This document shows positions 61,045 through 64,000 of a stretch of DNA of 64,000 nucleotides, in pieces. A model generated the notes under the pieces. That model was given only the letters and a program-made list of their open reading frames with translations. It was not told where the DNA came from and did no database searches. Position numbers and translations under genes: made by a program. Within the stretch, counting starts at the first letter, position 1. Every line of letters starts with the position of its first letter. Source of the stretch: an uncultured Pseudomonadota bacterium (lineage in GTDB: Bacteria; Oederibacteriota; Muellerivitia; Muellerivitales; Muellerivitaceae). The stretch is from contig CAWIIP010000001.1 in NCBI GenBank assembly GCA_963836235.1, forward strand, positions 1 to 64,000, written 5' to 3'.

Positions 61045-62016
61045 ATGTCCTTTCCAACCCAACGCATGCGGCGCCTGAGGAAAACCAAGGCCTTGCGCCG
61101 TTTGTTCGAGGAAACCCGATTGAACCGGTCGGACTTTATCCTACCCCTTTTCGTGGAGGAAGGCCTGAAGTCCCCGGAACTCATTTCTTCCATGCCGGGC
61201 GTCCAACGCCACAGCTTTGGCTCCCTGGCCCGTGAAGCCGCTTCGGCGCAAGCCTTGGGAATCCCCGCGGTACTCTTATTCGGAATTCCCTCGAAAAAAG
61301 ATTCGGGGGCTCTTCAGGCCTATCAAAAGAACGGCGTCATTCAAAAGGCCGTCCGGCTCTTGAAAAAAGAAACGCCGGATTTGGCCGTCATCACGGATGT
61401 CTGCGCCTGCGAATATACCTCCCATGGCCATTGCGGCATTATCGTTAAGGGTGACGTGGATAACGACCAGACCCTCGGGTTGCTGCAAAAAATAGCCCTT
61501 TCCCACGCCGAAGCGGGGGCCGACATGGTAGCCCCCTCGGACATGATGGACGGGCGTATTTCAGCCATCCGTAAAAGCCTTGATCAAAAAGGTTTTTCCA
61601 TGACGCCCATCCTGAGTTACGCGGCGAAATTTTCTACCTGCTTCTATGGGCCTTTCCGCGACGCGGCGGATTCAGCGCCTGCTTTTGGCGACCGGAAAAC
61701 CTATCAAATGCCCGCCTCCAATCCACGGGAAGCCTTGAAGGAAATTCAATTGGACATTGAGGAAGGCGCGGACGTGGTCATGGTCAAGCCAGCCCTGACG
61801 GCTTTGGATATCATCACCCGGGCCCGCCAACGCTTCTTGACCCCGCTCTGGGCCTATCACGTGTCCGGTGAGTATGCCATGGTCAAGGCGGCGGCGAAGT
61901 TGGGCTGGTTGTCGGAAGAAGCGGCCATGACGGAAAGCCTATTGGCCATCAAGCGGGCGGGAGCCGACCGGATTATCACTTATTGGGCGAAGGAAGCGGC
62001 GAAGCATTTTAAGTAA
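61045..62016 (+). CDS. hemB: Porphobilinogen synthase (Zn-binding type)
   Basis: RMRRLR, DVCACEYTSHGHCG, APSDMMDGR, YGPFRDAA, VMVKPA, YHVSGEY; GGAG RBS before ATG 61045. Confidence 0.97.
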   Translation: MSFPTQRMRRLRKTKALRRLFEETRLNRSDFILPLFVEEGLKSPELISSMPGVQRHSFGSLAREAASAQALGIPAVLLFGIPSKKDSGALQAYQKNGVIQKAVRLLKKETPDLAVITDVCACEYTSHGHCGIIVKGDVDNDQTLGLLQKIALSHAEAGADMVAPSDMMDGRISAIRKSLDQKGFSMTPILSYAAKFSTCFYGPFRDAADSAPAFGDRKTYQMPASNPREALKEIQLDIEEGADVVMVKPALTALDIITRARQRFLTPLWAYHVSGEYAMVKAAAKLGWLSEEAAMTESLLAIKRAGADRIITYWAKEAAKHFK

Positions 62017-62040
62017 ATTTCATCCTCAGACTCGGAAATC

Positions 62041-63345
62041 ATGAAAAACAAACTCAAGTTGGACAGGTCCCGCAAGTTATTTGAACTGGCGCAGAAACAC
62101 CTAGTGGGCGGGGTCAACAGCCCGGTGCGGGCCTTCAAAGGGGTGGGGGGGGCACCCATCTTCTTCGCTCGGGGCAAGGGGCCCTATTTGATCGACATGG
62201 ATGGAAACCGCTACCTGGATTTGGTGGGTTCCTGGGGGCCGCTCATCCTGGGCCACGCGGATACTTCGGTTCTCAACTTGGTGCGCCGTTCCTTGAAAAA
62301 GGGATTCAGTTTTGGAGCGCCTTCATCGCTGGAAACCGATCTCGCCATCCGGGTCAAGAAAGCCTTTCCGTCCATCGATAAGGTCCGTTTCGTGAGTTCA
62401 GGTACCGAGGCGGTCTTAAGCGTTATTCGGCTGGCTCGGGCCGCTACGGGTAAAAAGCGTGTCCTCAAATTCGATGGCTGTTACCACGGGCATGGGGACA
62501 GTTTGTTAGTCGCCGCCGGAAGCGGGGCGGCCACCCTGGGGTTGCCGGACAGCCCGGGAGTTCCCGAAGAAATCGCGTCCCTTACCACCAGCTTGCCCTA
62601 TAACGACCTTTCCGCGGTTCAAGAGGCCTTTTCAAAATTCAACGATATCGCGGCGGTCATCGTGGAGCCCGTGGCTGGGAATATGGGTCTGGTTCCACCG
62701 AAACCAGGTTTCCTGGAAGGCTTAAGGGACTTAACCACCCAGCACAAAGCTCTTCTCGTTTTCGACGAGGTGATGACCGGCTTTCGGGTGGCCTTTGGGG
62801 GCGCCCAGGAACTTTACGGCATCAAGCCCGACCTGACGACTTTGGGCAAGATCATCGGGGGCGGCCTGCCGGTTGGGGCCTATGGCGGTAGGGAGGGTCT
62901 GATGTCCCAAGTGGCCCCGGAAGGGCCGGTTTACCAGGCGGGAACCCTTTCGGGTAATCCCATCGCCATGGCGGCGGGTATCGCCACTTTGAAAAAATTA
63001 TCAGACCGGAAAATTTACGACCAGTTGGAAGAATCGGCGGCTTTCGTGGAAGAGGGGATCAGGCGGGCCCTGGAAAAAACCGGGGTGAAAGCCGTTTTCC
63101 AAAGAGTGGGGAGCATGGCGACCTTATTTTTTTGCGGGCATGCGATCGAAAACTACGCCCAAGCCAAGGATTCGGACCGAAAAAAATACGCCCGGTTTTT
63201 CTGGGCCATGGCCCAAAGGGGCGTTTATCTCCCGCCTTCCCAATTCGAGGCGATTTTTTTCTCAGCGGCGCTGACGAAAGACCAGTTGAAAAAAATCGTC
63301 AAATCCATCGAGGAAAGCTTGGTCGCGGCCGAACAAGAAGTGTAA
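62041..63345 (+). CDS. hemL: Glutamate-1-semialdehyde 2,1-aminomutase
   Basis: GGVNSPVRAF, SWGPLILGH, SSGTEA, GCYHGH, FDEVMTGFR, GKIIGGGLPVG, QAGTLSGNP. Confidence 0.97.
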   Translation: MKNKLKLDRSRKLFELAQKHLVGGVNSPVRAFKGVGGAPIFFARGKGPYLIDMDGNRYLDLVGSWGPLILGHADTSVLNLVRRSLKKGFSFGAPSSLETDLAIRVKKAFPSIDKVRFVSSGTEAVLSVIRLARAATGKKRVLKFDGCYHGHGDSLLVAAGSGAATLGLPDSPGVPEEIASLTTSLPYNDLSAVQEAFSKFNDIAAVIVEPVAGNMGLVPPKPGFLEGLRDLTTQHKALLVFDEVMTGFRVAFGGAQELYGIKPDLTTLGKIIGGGLPVGAYGGREGLMSQVAPEGPVYQAGTLSGNPIAMAAGIATLKKLSDRKIYDQLEESAAFVEEGIRRALEKTGVKAVFQRVGSMATLFFCGHAIENYAQAKDSDRKKYARFFWAMAQRGVYLPPSQFEAIFFSAALTKDQLKKIVKSIEESLVAAEQEV

Positions 63346-63428
63346 ATGAACATTAGAACGCAGATAAAAAATGAGTTAAATTCGGCTAAAACTTGATAAA
63401 ATTTGAGGCATCTGACGGGAGGTTGGAT

Positions 63429-64000
63429 TTGAAAAAACAGGGTTTTGGATGGTTGGTCACGGTATTGGCCTTAGGTTGTCTCATGGGGGGCAAGGATTCC
63501 AAGGTCTTTGGTGACACGGAAATCAATTTGGACGATGCTCTTCAGCCGACCTCGACTCCCGTCGTCTCCAAATCCAGTTCGGCCAAGCCGGCCGCGATGC
63601 CAACGGCCATTCCGACCGCCGCGCCCGTGCCCACGGCGGTCATTCAAGTTATGCAGGCGGCTCCCACACCCACGGAAGCCGTCGAGGATGATTCAACCCC
63701 CGTTATTGTCCATGGGGTCTTGAAGATGAAGGACGTCTATGAGGCGGGCATCAAGGCCTATAAGGAGCAGGATTACGACAAGGCGATTCGTTACCTTAAA
63801 AAATCCTTGGAAATGGATGATCCCTATTCCGCCAAATTTTATTTCGCTGAGGCCAACGCCATGTTGGGGGTCATCTACCAATTTCACATCATTCATTATA
63901 GTTGGGCCTACCGCTATTACCAGGCGGCCCTGAAGTACGAAAAGAAGAACCGGACAGCCCGCCGGCACATCAAGGAAGTCGCCAAATACAGGCATCAAAA
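63429..64000 (+). CDS. Exported TPR protein with a Pro/Thr-rich linker (runs off the window; absent from the ORF track)
   Basis: GGAGG RBS and TTG 63429; MKKQGFGWLVTVLALGCL..., QPTSTP...MPTAIPTAAPVPTA...APTPT, then TPRs YEAGIKAYKEQDYDKAIRYLKKSLEMD and AYRYYQAALKY; open to base 64000. Confidence 0.8.
   Translation, partial: MKKQGFGWLVTVLALGCLMGGKDSKVFGDTEINLDDALQPTSTPVVSKSSSAKPAAMPTAIPTAAPVPTAVIQVMQAAPTPTEAVEDDSTPVIVHGVLKMKDVYEAGIKAYKEQDYDKAIRYLKKSLEMDDPYSAKFYFAEANAMLGVIYQFHIIHYSWAYRYYQAALKYEKKNRTARRHIKEVAKYRHQ

Overview
Core-chromosome window of a diderm bacterium, probably from a poorly characterised lineage. Order: end of an Opp/Dpp ABC operon; a B12-binding radical SAM gene; a complete rrn operon (16S, tRNA-Ile, tRNA-Ala, 23S, 5S); a DUF2723/TMEM260-like GT-C+TPR gene; a 44-aa basic ORF missed by the ORF track; a 2-oxoacid:ferredoxin oxidoreductase (alpha/beta). 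Next is a cluster for lipid-linked glycosylation: two GT2 polyprenol-P-sugar synthases, a 2105-aa tandem GT-C fusion (PMT/ArnT-like + DUF2298), a second DUF2298, two membrane-anchored NHL propellers and a TIGR03663/Agl23-like GT-C. That cluster is interrupted by a decayed GGDEF/esterase chimera and a beta-carbonic anhydrase. Then come two PorV-like barrels, a secreted Pro/Ser-rich protein, lptF/G, lptD, uvrA, a Crp-family protein, a polyprenyl synthase, an 11-subunit complex I-like operon lacking nuoEFG, and ccsA/hemX-hemA-(MITE)-hemC-cobA/hemD-hemB-hemL. The best candidate for an undescribed system is a multi-enzyme GT-C protein/surface glycosylation system of the type known from Chloroflexi and archaea, here in an outer-membrane-bearing bacterium with candidate P/S/T-rich acceptors nearby. 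All family assignments come from motif recognition by eye; no searches were run. Several single-base indels suggest sequencing errors near the left end.
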